A DNA stretch of 61,482 nt, filler included. It is 7 parts of 7 records of this genome, joined end to end, with 100 filler letters (N's around TTAATTAATTAA, not from the genome) between each part and the next. Parts side by side here need not be neighbours in the genome. Positions count along the whole stretch, not along the records: positions 20,185 to 27,540 come from SRR31147125_69155; positions 27,641 to 33,803 come from SRR31147125_69157; 5 more parts are not named here. One strand, 5' to 3'. The notes beneath the pieces are model-generated. The model did no database searches. It was given only the letters and a program-made list of their open reading frames with translations, and was not told where the DNA came from. The position numbers and the translations under genes are program-made. This document shows positions 20,256 through 29,754 of the stretch, piece by piece (position 1 is the stretch's first letter; every line of letters begins with the position of its first letter).

Positions 20256-21938
20256 TCATCGGTACGACTCAAAAGGGGGATCTGAAATCGGCAGCTCTAT
20301 TTTAAATGTCGCTCCCTTTCCTGAGTGACTCTCCGCCGTGATCCTCCCCCCATTGGCTTCCACCAGATTTTTACAAACCACCAGTCCCAGGCCAATCCCC
20401 TTTGATTTGGTGGTAAAAAGGGGCTGGAAAAGTTTCTTCATGTTTTCGGACGTTATGCCTGCCCCCGTATCTCTGATGCTCAGTTCCATAAAATTTGTTT
20501 CCAATGCCCTCCGGCCCTCGCCCTCTGATCCACGGACGGCTTTTATATGCAGCTCGCCTCCTTCCGGCATTGCTTGAATTGCGTTTGTTATGATGTTTTT
20601 CAGCACCTGTACTATTTGGAACATATCCACAGATACAAAAGGAAGACCATCCGGGATATGGCTGATGATCCTGAGATGGTCGGGAACGGGGCATGCGTTC
20701 AAAGACTGATCCACCAGCGCGTTGATATCCGAGGGGGAGACCTGGGGGGGGCGGGTGCGTGAAAAATCCAGAAGGTCCGTGGTGATCCGCAGGGCATTGT
20801 CCACCTCCCGGCTGATGATTTCCAAATATTCCGCTACGGTGCCCTCGGCATCTGAGAGAATTGTCTTGAGATAGAAGACCGCGTTGTTCATGACCCCGAG
20901 GGGATTGCGAATCTCATGCCCAAGCCCCCCGGCCAACTGCCCGAGGATGGAGAGTTTCTCCTTGCGCACCAGCTCTTCCTGGGCATCTTTGAGCTGGGAA
21001 ATTTTCTGCTTCAGTTTGCGATTGAGCCGTCGGACCTCTTCCTCGGCAAGCTTTCGTTCAGTGATGTCGGTGGAAATCCCGCAAATCGCATAGACTCTCC
21101 GCGCCTTGTCGAAAAGCGGTGCCTTGATGGATACGTATGTATGCAGACCATTGTCATGGGGTACCACCTCTTCTGCCGTCATGGGTGTTTTGGATTCAAG
21201 CACCTGCCTGTCAAAACCCTGAAATGTATCGGCATAATTGTCAGGAAAGATATCATAATCACTTTTACCGATAATGGTGTCCCGGCGTACATTGAACAGC
21301 TCTTCATATCTGCTGTTGATCAATAAATAATTACATTCGGTGTCTTTCAGATAGATTAAGGCAGGGGAGTTGTCGATGAGCGACTGCAGCAATTCCCTGC
21401 TCTCCCGAAGTTGCTGTGTCTTTTCCTCCACCTTGGTTTCGAGAAGTTCGTTGAGCTTTTGCAATTTTTCTTCGGCCTGCTTGCGCTCGGCGATCTGCTG
21501 CTGAAGGGAGATGTTTTGCCTTGCCAACCGTCTTCTCAGCCCCTGCAGGGCAAGATGGGTTTCCATCCTGGCCAGCACTTCCACCGACTGATACGGTTTG
21601 GTGATGTAGTCCACACCGCCGGCAGTGAATCCGGCAACCTTATCCTCGGTTGTGTCCAGTGCGCTGACAAAGATCACCGGAACATGTTTCAGTACCGGGT
21701 CTTCCTTCAGGCACCGGCACACCTCATACCCGTTCATATCCGGCATATTGACATCCAGCAGGATGATATCGGGGGCTTCCACCGACGCGGACATCAGGGC
21801 AAGACGACCATTCGAGGCGGAACGAACCTTGTATCCCACTTCCTCCAGTATTTCCGTCAACAGCCTGAGGCTTTCCGGAGTATCGTCAACCACCAGCACC
21901 TGGTACGAATCGGGACCATCTTGCTCATCTTTTATCAT
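20256..21938 (-). CDS. Cytoplasmic hybrid REC-PAS-histidine kinase
   Basis: LVVDD..DIILLDVNMP..KP receiver; PAS (DITERK); GHEIRNPL H-box; DTGAGI, FTTK, GIGLGL. Confidence 0.9.
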   Translation of the reverse strand: MIKDEQDGPDSYQVLVVDDTPESLRLLTEILEEVGYKVRSASNGRLALMSASVEAPDIILLDVNMPDMNGYEVCRCLKEDPVLKHVPVIFVSALDTTEDKVAGFTAGGVDYITKPYQSVEVLARMETHLALQGLRRRLARQNISLQQQIAERKQAEEKLQKLNELLETKVEEKTQQLRESRELLQSLIDNSPALIYLKDTECNYLLINSRYEELFNVRRDTIIGKSDYDIFPDNYADTFQGFDRQVLESKTPMTAEEVVPHDNGLHTYVSIKAPLFDKARRVYAICGISTDITERKLAEEEVRRLNRKLKQKISQLKDAQEELVRKEKLSILGQLAGGLGHEIRNPLGVMNNAVFYLKTILSDAEGTVAEYLEIISREVDNALRITTDLLDFSRTRPPQVSPSDINALVDQSLNACPVPDHLRIISHIPDGLPFVSVDMFQIVQVLKNIITNAIQAMPEGGELHIKAVRGSEGEGRRALETNFMELSIRDTGAGITSENMKKLFQPLFTTKSKGIGLGLVVCKNLVEANGGRITAESHSGKGATFKIELPISDPPFESYR

Positions 21939-21950
21939 GATACACCTTTT

Positions 21951-24900
21951 CTAGTGTGAGGCAGGAATTTCCAGCAAGGCAAGCAGCTTCTCAAAATCAA
22001 ACCGGTCGGCAAACGATTCCAGGTCTGCACCGAGAGAAGGGTCCTGCTCTTTGATTTTCGACACCACATCCAAGACCATGGTCCGGTTCAGCCTGAGGAC
22101 TGCCCAGCGCAATTGATCCAGAAGTTCCGGCGGGACAGTCGCGGCCAGTTGCTCGGAAGTCACTCCATGGCGGGGGTGGGGAGCAAAAGCGTGTTTGTCC
22201 TCCTCATAAACATAGCTCACGCGGAGATGTCTGGACATTACTTCGAAAATCTCGTGATGCCGGTATGGTTTGCGCACAAAATCGTCACAACCCGCGGCCA
22301 AAATGAGATCATGTTCATCTTCCAGGGCATGGGCGGTGAGGGCTGCAATGGCAACGCCATCCCCATCCGGCATTGCCTTGATCCGCCGGGTCGCCTCCAG
22401 TCCGTCCATCACCGGCATCCGGATGTCCATCCAGATGAACCGGGGACGCCACTCCAGAAACGTCGCCACCGCTTCTTCTCCGTCTGACGCTCCCCGAACC
22501 TCAAACCCCGTCTTCTCCAGCAACGTCATGAGGAGCGTACGGCTCTCTTCGTTGTCCTCGGCAATCAGCACCCGGGGAATCTTTTGCCCCGGCGCGAGCC
22601 CCACCACCCGCCGCTTTCGTTCATCTGCCGGGAGATCGGCCGGGTTTGCCTCCCTGATGCCGACCTCCAGGCGAAACGTACTCCCCTTGCCGACCACGCT
22701 GTCAAACGTGATGTCTCCTCCCATCAGATGCGCATACTCCCTGCTGATGGCCAATCCCAGGCCGGTGCCGGCCTGAGCCCTTCGGCTGCTTTGCGCCTGT
22801 TCGAAACTCTCGAACACCTTTTGCGCCTCTTCCGGCGGGATTCCCGCTCCGGTATCCTCGACTTCCACCACGAGGCGCGCATCATCCCCGCTTCCCATTG
22901 CCGAAACGCGCATCTCAATCCCCCCTTCTTCTGTGAATTTCAAAGCATTGCCGAGTAGATTAATCAAAATTTGGCGAAGCTTGCTTTCGTCACACACAAC
23001 GCAGACCGGAACATTCTTTTCGATGACGGTATCCAGACCAAGCCTTTTTTTGTCGGCTTCTATCTGTAACATAACTTGAAGATCGTCAAGAACCCCTATT
23101 AAATCAAATGGTCCCGGGGTTATTTTTAACTGTCCGGCTTCGATCCTGGAAATCTCCAGCACGTCATTGATAAGGGTCAGCAGATGCTCACCGCTGCGAT
23201 TGATGATCTCCAGTTTCCTTAGCCGTTGGTTTTCCGGAATGGCGTCCCCCTGTAACAGTTGGGCATATCCGAGGATGGCGTTGAGCGGGGTGCGCAGCTC
23301 GTGGCTCATATTGGCCAAAAAGACACTCTTGGCACGATTGGCTGCCTCGGCCTGTACACGGGCATTATACAGGTCTTCGGCCTGTACTTCCAGCTCCCGG
23401 GTTTTGCGCTCTAAAGCCTTGGTTCGATCCACGACCATATTTTCCAACTGAGCCATAACACGTTGACGCTCCTCCTCGGCTTTTGCCTCGAGAGCTCTGA
23501 CCTGAATCGCGTTTTCCCGGAAAATTTCGACGGCCCTGGCCATGGTGCCAAGCTCATCGCCGCGGTGCAAACCGACAATCGTGTCTGCCAGATAGCCGTC
23601 TGCCAGCCGCCGCATGACCTTCGCCAATGAAACAATGGGTCGGGCGATGGCGCGAGAAGTAAGCCAAGCGATGAAAAGTGCGATCAGAACGACCATGACG
23701 CTGCTTATCGCAATGAGCAAGATGCCCCGTTCTCTGTTGTCTGCGGCAACGGCACGTTGCTCATTGGCAAAATGAGACACGCGTGACGCGGTTTGAGCGG
23801 CTTGATGCCGTACCTGATCGTGAGCGCGACGCAACGCACGGTTTGCTTGGCGGAAATGATCGAACGCCGTACGATAACCGTCTATCTCATCTTTGACCCG
23901 AAAATCCGAGGGGGCGTCATGCCCGGCTCCCGCCGATGGCAAAATTCGAGCGAAGCGGGTCAATTGGTCGAGAATCTCATCGATCAACTGGGTGACTTCT
24001 GCTGTGGGCGACAGACGAAAGGACTGAGTTTGCGCTTCCAATTTGGCGACACGCTCGGCAAATCTCTTGGAGACGTTGGCCGCATTTTGCAACAACCCGA
24101 TTTCCGTTTCAAGATCATCCTTTGAACGAATGATCGACTCTTCTTTGATATTCAGCATGCCACTCAATCGATCAGCGGTGTCATTGGCTGTTTCGAGCCG
24201 CTGCAAAGCCCCATGGGCCACCGACAATTCCAGTGGGATATCCAGGTCTATCAACTGCCCGATGTATTGCTCGGCCTGTGAAAAGGATGCCCTCAGCTTG
24301 TTCAGGTTCGCCGACCATTCCCTCTCTTGGACCACGCCCTCCAGCATATCGAGAATCGGCAGAAGCGCTCTGCAGGTATCACGGGCCACCCTGAGATCGG
24401 CGCCCTTGTCTCCGGATGATCGTTGCCCCACAATGGCGGTCGCCCTTCGCTCTCCGTTGGTAATAATCCTCAGTATCCGGTGATGGGCGTCCAGGATTTT
24501 TGCAAATTCGACGTTGCAGCGGGCGGTTCGCCGGTTGAGCCGCTCCCTTCTCTTCTCAATATTCTGCTCGATCTCCAGGGACACTTCCCGTAATCGGCCG
24601 AGATTTGTCACCATATTGGAGGTTTCGGCGTCCATGATCCCATTGGCCTTCTTCAGGATATCAATGGCTTTGGAAAACTGTCGAAACCCTGTGGTCAAAG
24701 TGAAGGTCTCGCCGGGAGGAGTCTGCACCGAAGCGGTGAACATCTCAATGGTCTCCTCCATGATTGCCTTGGCCGTAAGCAAGCTATCCTGATCATAGGA
24801 GGCAATAAAATGTTCCACCCGTTCCGTCGCCGTATTGACGGAGAGCAGAACTTCCGATGCCTGTCCGGCAATATCCACCGCTTTTTGCATGCTCACCAGT

Positions 24901-25013
24901 CCATATAGACCGACCAATGAGACAATCACGGTCAGGGTCACCAGCAGCAGAACCGACGTGCTGATTTTAACGGTAATGGACCAGTGCTCGAATCCCTTGA
25001 TTTTCAGCATCAC
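21951..25013 (-). CDS. Membrane hybrid sensor kinase (large helical periplasmic domain, HAMP, HisKA, HATPase, REC)
   Basis: Two TM segments flanking ~400 helical residues; HAMP (RGDELGTMA); SHELRTPLN; NALKFT; GTGLGL; IAED..WMDIRMP..KP. Confidence 0.9.
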   Translation of the reverse strand: MMLKIKGFEHWSITVKISTSVLLLVTLTVIVSLVGLYGLVSMQKAVDIAGQASEVLLSVNTATERVEHFIASYDQDSLLTAKAIMEETIEMFTASVQTPPGETFTLTTGFRQFSKAIDILKKANGIMDAETSNMVTNLGRLREVSLEIEQNIEKRRERLNRRTARCNVEFAKILDAHHRILRIITNGERRATAIVGQRSSGDKGADLRVARDTCRALLPILDMLEGVVQEREWSANLNKLRASFSQAEQYIGQLIDLDIPLELSVAHGALQRLETANDTADRLSGMLNIKEESIIRSKDDLETEIGLLQNAANVSKRFAERVAKLEAQTQSFRLSPTAEVTQLIDEILDQLTRFARILPSAGAGHDAPSDFRVKDEIDGYRTAFDHFRQANRALRRAHDQVRHQAAQTASRVSHFANEQRAVAADNRERGILLIAISSVMVVLIALFIAWLTSRAIARPIVSLAKVMRRLADGYLADTIVGLHRGDELGTMARAVEIFRENAIQVRALEAKAEEERQRVMAQLENMVVDRTKALERKTRELEVQAEDLYNARVQAEAANRAKSVFLANMSHELRTPLNAILGYAQLLQGDAIPENQRLRKLEIINRSGEHLLTLINDVLEISRIEAGQLKITPGPFDLIGVLDDLQVMLQIEADKKRLGLDTVIEKNVPVCVVCDESKLRQILINLLGNALKFTEEGGIEMRVSAMGSGDDARLVVEVEDTGAGIPPEEAQKVFESFEQAQSSRRAQAGTGLGLAISREYAHLMGGDITFDSVVGKGSTFRLEVGIREANPADLPADERKRRVVGLAPGQKIPRVLIAEDNEESRTLLMTLLEKTGFEVRGASDGEEAVATFLEWRPRFIWMDIRMPVMDGLEATRRIKAMPDGDGVAIAALTAHALEDEHDLILAAGCDDFVRKPYRHHEIFEVMSRHLRVSYVYEEDKHAFAPHPRHGVTSEQLAATVPPELLDQLRWAVLRLNRTMVLDVVSKIKEQDPSLGADLESFADRFDFEKLLALLEIPASH

Positions 25014-25137
25014 TATCCGGTCTTTTCTCCCATGCCGGTACAGCGCGGCGCAAATTGCATGCTGCTTTTTCCGGGCTTGGCGTCTCAGTCCAATGGAGTC
25101 GATTCGACAAAAAATTTACGCCCGAGTGCACAAAAAA

Positions 25138-26249
25138 TCATTTCAAAGAAGGGGGCGGAATCGTCACCTGGGGAGGCTTGGTGCCGTTGAGCTCGGCATC
25201 AATCAAATCGGCGACAATCTTCTGAGAGTAAAATGGATCTGCTGCTCCCCCTTTGGCATGGTTGCCAGCCAAGCCTCCAGATCTTTGTCATATATGGTTA
25301 CCAAAGGCACCGTGACAACCGGCGGTACTTTTTTTCCCGCCAGAATCTGCTGAGCGACCCAAAATCCCACCTGGGAGACACTGGGTGTTGCGGAAATGGA
25401 AAAGGTTTTATAGCCGTTGATATCCCGCTCTTGTTTCCACAGTGCCAGCTCATTTTGACGATTTCCCATAATAATGATGGGCAGTGGACGTCCGATGGCC
25501 TTAAAGGCCATTGCCGCCCCATAGCCGTCACCGCCTTGGGTAACGATGGCATCGATTTTCGGCAAGGCCGGTAAGGCCAGCGCCACCTCCCGTTGTGCAA
25601 CAGAGGCGGTCCATTGACCATAGACGGTATCGACGATCTTCAGCCCCGGGTAGTCCCGGACTGCCTCATGGATGCCGTCACTGATATCGGCATCTGTCGC
25701 ATCCCCGAAGATACCGCGAATCTCCAGCAGATTACCCTGCCCGCCGAGACGATGGGCCACATAGTCAATTTCCGCCCGTCCCATTTCAGACCAGTCGTAA
25801 TTCACTTCATAGACACAGGACTCGTTGACCTTGCTGGCTAAAACAACCACCGTAACACCGGCATTGCAGGCATCCCGAACAACGTTTTTGAGCGCCGTAT
25901 CGGATGCCGCGAGAATAACGATGGCATCATACCCTTCCAGCACCATATTTTGAATATGGGCCGCCTGTTCCGGCGCAGAGTTGTCGGCGCTTACGACAGG
26001 CGCCTCCTTGATCAATCCCTTTTCCAGGGCATACGCCGCCACCTCTTTCCAGTTACGAACCATCACTTTGCGAAAATCGCTTCCGGCATAGGAATTACTG
26101 AAGGCAATGCGTTTATTGCGGGTTTTGCCCATGGCAACACCGGCGTTTGCTGCAAATGAGACCCCATGGGCACAGATCGCCAGCAGAACCAGAAGCACGA
26201 TCATCCCAATCATCCGATTGCTTTTACCAGATGTAGCTAGAAGACTCAT
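25138..26249 (-). CDS. Periplasmic sugar-type (RbsB-fold) binding protein; 1-bp deletion near C-terminus
   Basis: Signal peptide; IAFSNSYAG..EQAAHIQNMV..DAIVI pattern. Adding one G in the run at 25247-25251 gives GGAADPFYSQ..PPPSLK* ending at 25138. Confidence 0.8.
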
Positions 26250-26417
26250 GTTTCACCTCCAAATTTGTAGGATAAAGACGTCCCTTTTTTCACTTTCACC
26301 GAAGAACAACTCAAGTACCTTCACGTATAGGCCTTTCGTTTCTTTAATTTAACCCCATGGTGGATGCAACAGGGTCTCAAATCGGTTGAGCATTTTCGCT
26401 ATTGGATATTGGGCCTT

Positions 26418-27407
26418 CTATTTAATGTCTGGGAAATATCTTTTCATGCACTCGGGACAAATGCTGTGGGAGAAATCAGCTTCCGAGCGATCCGTGATAT
26501 ACTCCTCCAAATGCTCCCATTTTTCCTTTTCATTACGAATTTTCTTACAATAAGAACAGATAGGTAATAATCCGGTGAGTGTTTTGATCTTTTTAACCGC
26601 ATCTCTCAGTTCGGCAATCAATTTGTTTTTTTCCGCCTCAGCCGCCTGACGTTCGGTGACATCTCGGCTGGCAACCAGGACCCCCAGAAGGGTTTCGGAG
26701 GTATCATACAGACCGCTGCTGGTGGCCTCCATCCAGATGGTGCCCCCGTCCTTGCAGAGATATTCAATTTCATGAACCCGGGTATTCTTTGATGAATCGC
26801 CATTGCCCTTCCGAAGAACGGCCTCCATATCGGCCCTCAGAACGTTCACCGATTCCGGGCTGACGGTTTCCCCAAGACTTTGTGCCATGGCTTCTTTTGG
26901 CGTGAATCCCCGCAGAAATTCCACCGACGGACTGACGTAAGTGGTCCGGCCGGACAGATCGAGTGTCCAAATCATGTCCCGGGTGTTTTCAGCGATCAGG
27001 CGATAGCGCTTTTCGCTTTTTCTAAGATCCTCCGCAATGGACTGTTTTTCAAGGGCGCGCCGGATGTGAAGCAGCATCTGCTCCAGATCATAGGGTTTGA
27101 GCAGATAGGAGAACGCCCCCAGGTTGGTTGCCTCAATGGCCGCATCAATAGAGACATTCCCGGTAAGGATGATGGCTTCGGTATCCGGATTCTCCTTTTT
27201 CACCCGGTTGAGCACGTCAAGCCCCGGTATGTCCGGCAGGCCGAGATCGATGATCACCAGATTCACAACAGATTCTTTGATGAAATCGATCCCTTCCTTT
27301 CCACCGGCAGCGGAAAAGGCTTGGTACCCTTTGACCGTCAGGATATCCGACAAGGTCCTGCAGATATTGCTGTCGTCATCAATGATCAGAATCGTTTTCT
27401 TTTTCAT
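26418..27407 (-). CDS. REC-PAS protein with C-terminal Cys/His module
   Basis: ILIIDD..IIDLGLPD..KP receiver; PAS; LLPICSYCKKIR..SHSICPEC. Confidence 0.85.
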   Translation of the reverse strand: MKKKTILIIDDDSNICRTLSDILTVKGYQAFSAAGGKEGIDFIKESVVNLVIIDLGLPDIPGLDVLNRVKKENPDTEAIILTGNVSIDAAIEATNLGAFSYLLKPYDLEQMLLHIRRALEKQSIAEDLRKSEKRYRLIAENTRDMIWTLDLSGRTTYVSPSVEFLRGFTPKEAMAQSLGETVSPESVNVLRADMEAVLRKGNGDSSKNTRVHEIEYLCKDGGTIWMEATSSGLYDTSETLLGVLVASRDVTERQAAEAEKNKLIAELRDAVKKIKTLTGLLPICSYCKKIRNEKEKWEHLEEYITDRSEADFSHSICPECMKRYFPDIK

Positions 27408-27540
27408 GGTGTTGTCCCTGTATATCTACCCAATCATAACAAATTGACTTTTCAAGCGAATGCCCATTAGGGACCTCATCACAATAAAAATACCCACATC
27501 AAAAAAAGTATCAGTATTATCAAATGCTTCGCATTTCAGT

Positions 27541-27640
27541 NNNNNNNNNNNNNNNNNNNNNNNNNNNNNNNNNNNNNNNNNNNNTTAATTAATTAANNNN
27601 NNNNNNNNNNNNNNNNNNNNNNNNNNNNNNNNNNNNNNNN
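27541..27640. other. Artificial contig spacer
   Basis: N44-TTAATTAATTAA-N44. Confidence 0.98.
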
Positions 27641-27641
27641 T

Positions 27642-27779
27642 GAAAAAAAGGTGGCGTGCGTTCCGGGAACTGCTTTCGGAGGCGGAGGTGACGACTTTAT
27701 ACGCTGTTCTTATGCGTCGTCGCTGGAGAATCTAAAAGAGGCTCTTGTGCGCATAGAGAGCTTTATAAGCAGCCTATAG
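27642..27779 (+). CDS. PLP-dependent class I/II aminotransferase, C-terminal fragment
   Basis: KKVACVPGTAFGGGGDDFIRCSYASSLENLKEALVRI, the classic aminotransferase C-terminus; not in the supplied ORF track. Confidence 0.8.
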   Translation, partial: EKKVACVPGTAFGGGGDDFIRCSYASSLENLKEALVRIESFISSL

Positions 27780-27788
27780 GGAGAGACT

Positions 27789-28936
27789 ATGCCAAAGGTA
27801 TATTTAGCACGGTGTGAAGATTATGAGTACGCTAATGTTAAGCGTGCAGTAGACAAGGGTATAGAGGCTCTTGGCGGCATAGAGAAGCTGATAGGAAGCT
27901 CAAAGAACGTATCGGTAAAGCCAAACCTTATAATGGCTAAAAAGCCGGAGGACTGTGCTACTACTCACCCGACCGTCATGCAGGCTGTTCTGGAAGCTGT
28001 AATAGAGGGCGGTAATAAAGCAACTATAGTGGAAAGCCCGGCTGGCCCTTATACAAAGGGTAACCTTTCTAATATTTACGAAGTTACGCAGATGACTGCT
28101 GCTGCAGAGGAATCCGGAGCGGAGCTTAACTTCAACTTTGATGTGGAAGAAGTAAGTATTCCAGATGGGGAGTCTGTTACAAGTAAGCGAATTGTTAAGG
28201 CTATAACAGATGCTGACTGCGTTATTAGCGCAGGCAAGCTTAAAACCCATGCGATGATGACGTACACTGGCGCTGCGAAGAACCTTTACGGCGTCGTTCC
28301 AGGGCTTACAAAGGTGGAGGGACACTACCGCTTTCCTGATGTTGATAAGTTTGCTGGGATGATAGTTGATATTGCAAACTACGTTGCGCCAGAGCTTAGT
28401 ATAATAGATGCTGTTTGGAGTATGGAAGGCGAAGGACCGACAGCCGGAGACCCGAGGAAGATAGGCGCTATAATACTCTCTGACAACCCGTTTGCAGCAG
28501 ATTTCGTTGCAGGTAAGATAATAAACCTTCCGTCGGAAGAAAACCCTGTGCTGAACAACGCAGTGAAGCGGGGCTTGTGCAAAGAGCAGGACATAGAACT
28601 GCTCGGCGATAATGTAAGCGAATTTTTTATAGAGGATTTTGTAAAGCCGCCGGTTTTCCAAACGAGCGTATTGACGGGAAAAGTGCCGAGGTTTATGGAA
28701 CCAACGGTCGAAAAGCTGCTTAAGCTGTATCCTGTGTATGATTCGTCTAAATGTATCGCATGTGGCATCTGCGTGAGGAGCTGTCCGAGTAAGGCGCTGG
28801 AAATAAAAAAAGATCTGCCGAGACTGCAAAAGAAAAGTGCATCAGCTGTTTTTGCTGTCACGAGATGTGTCCTGAAAAAGCTGTTGGTATAAAAAGACCG
28901 GCGCTCTTTAAACTCGTTACAAAGTTGTTTAAATAA
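27789..28936 (+). CDS. DUF362 protein with C-terminal 2x[4Fe-4S] ferredoxin (1-bp deletion ~28830)
   Basis: VKPNL..TTHP, KLKTH, EGEGP DUF362 motifs; CIACGIC..CP; the -1 frame supplies CISCFCCHEMCP. Confidence 0.85.
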
Positions 28937-29066
28937 TATCCCAAAAGAGAAATTTTGATTTTCGTTGAAAAAAACAGAAAAAATATGATTCTATGAGCTA
29001 TTTTAAAATAATCTTTAAAATCAGCCTATTTGGGTTTAATTTGGTGAAAAAAGAGGGGTATTTAAC

Positions 29067-29096
29067 TTTGACTATCTTTGACCTATATGTTATATT
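29067..29096 (+). promoter_or_regulatory. CtsR operator overlapping the sigmaA promoter of hsp20
   Basis: TTTGACT-ATC-TTTGACC (reverse complement of the RGTCAAA-NAN-RGTCAAA heptad repeat); TTGACT 29068-29073, 17 nt, TGn-TATATT 29088-29096. Confidence 0.8.
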
Positions 29097-29166
29097 ATTT
29101 ACAGAAACAAAGCCTAGAAATTGGCGAATAATAAAATTAATTATATGAGCAAAGGAGGAATTAAAA

Positions 29167-29577
29167 ATGAAACTTGTACCTTATCAGAGAAGCTTTTTGT
29201 CAGATGGATTTTTTAATGATTTCTTCAACACTTCCTGGCCGGCTGTTACAAAAGCGGCTATTAAAGCTGACGTAAGAGAAACCGACGACAGTTATATCGT
29301 TGAAGCCGAAGTAGCAGGAGTGGACAAAGACGACGTTTCGCTTGTATGCGAAAAAGGCGTCCTTACTATTACAGTAAGCAAAGAGGAAACCAATGAAGAG
29401 GAAAAAGGCGGCTATATCAGGAAAGAGCGCTATACCGGAAGCACAAGCAGAAGATTTTTGTTTGAGGATGTAGACGAAGAGAACATAAAGGCCAGCCTTG
29501 ACAACGGCGTTCTTACCGTAACTCTTCCAAAGAGCAAAGAAAAGATTCAAAAGAAGATTGATATAGACGTAAAATAG
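29167..29577 (+). CDS. Hsp20/alpha-crystallin small heat-shock protein
   Basis: ADVRETDDSY..GVLTI..RKERYTG..ASLDNGVLTVTLPK; AAGGAGG RBS. Confidence 0.92.
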   Translation: MKLVPYQRSFLSDGFFNDFFNTSWPAVTKAAIKADVRETDDSYIVEAEVAGVDKDDVSLVCEKGVLTITVSKEETNEEEKGGYIRKERYTGSTSRRFLFEDVDEENIKASLDNGVLTVTLPKSKEKIQKKIDIDVK

Positions 29578-29600
29578 TTTAGATTTAAATTAGAGACTAA

Positions 29601-29630
29601 AGGGCTGCAATCGTGCAGCCTTATTTTTTT
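29601..29630 (+). terminator. Rho-independent terminator after hsp20
   Basis: AGGGCTGCA-ATCG-TGCAGCCTT followed by a T tract. Confidence 0.8.
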
Positions 29631-29754
29631 ATTTGTTTTAGGGGATCGAGATATTATGCATTTCAACGAAGGCTGTGTTAACTTGCTGTCAATTAAGTGC
29701 TTAACGCTTGTTAATTTGCCAAAAGATACTATAATAGAAACAAAGGAGAATATT

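Noticed and set aside
27467-27540. TTAGGGACCTCATCACAATAA as an IS end at the contig C break
   Set aside because: Only a vague resemblance; no transposase or partner end
27900-28829. 309-aa antisense ORF, and similar long shadow ORFs at 43641-44813, 56993-58102, 59402-60271 and 60437-61345
   Set aside because: They fully overlap well-supported genes on the opposite strand and show no recognisable motifs
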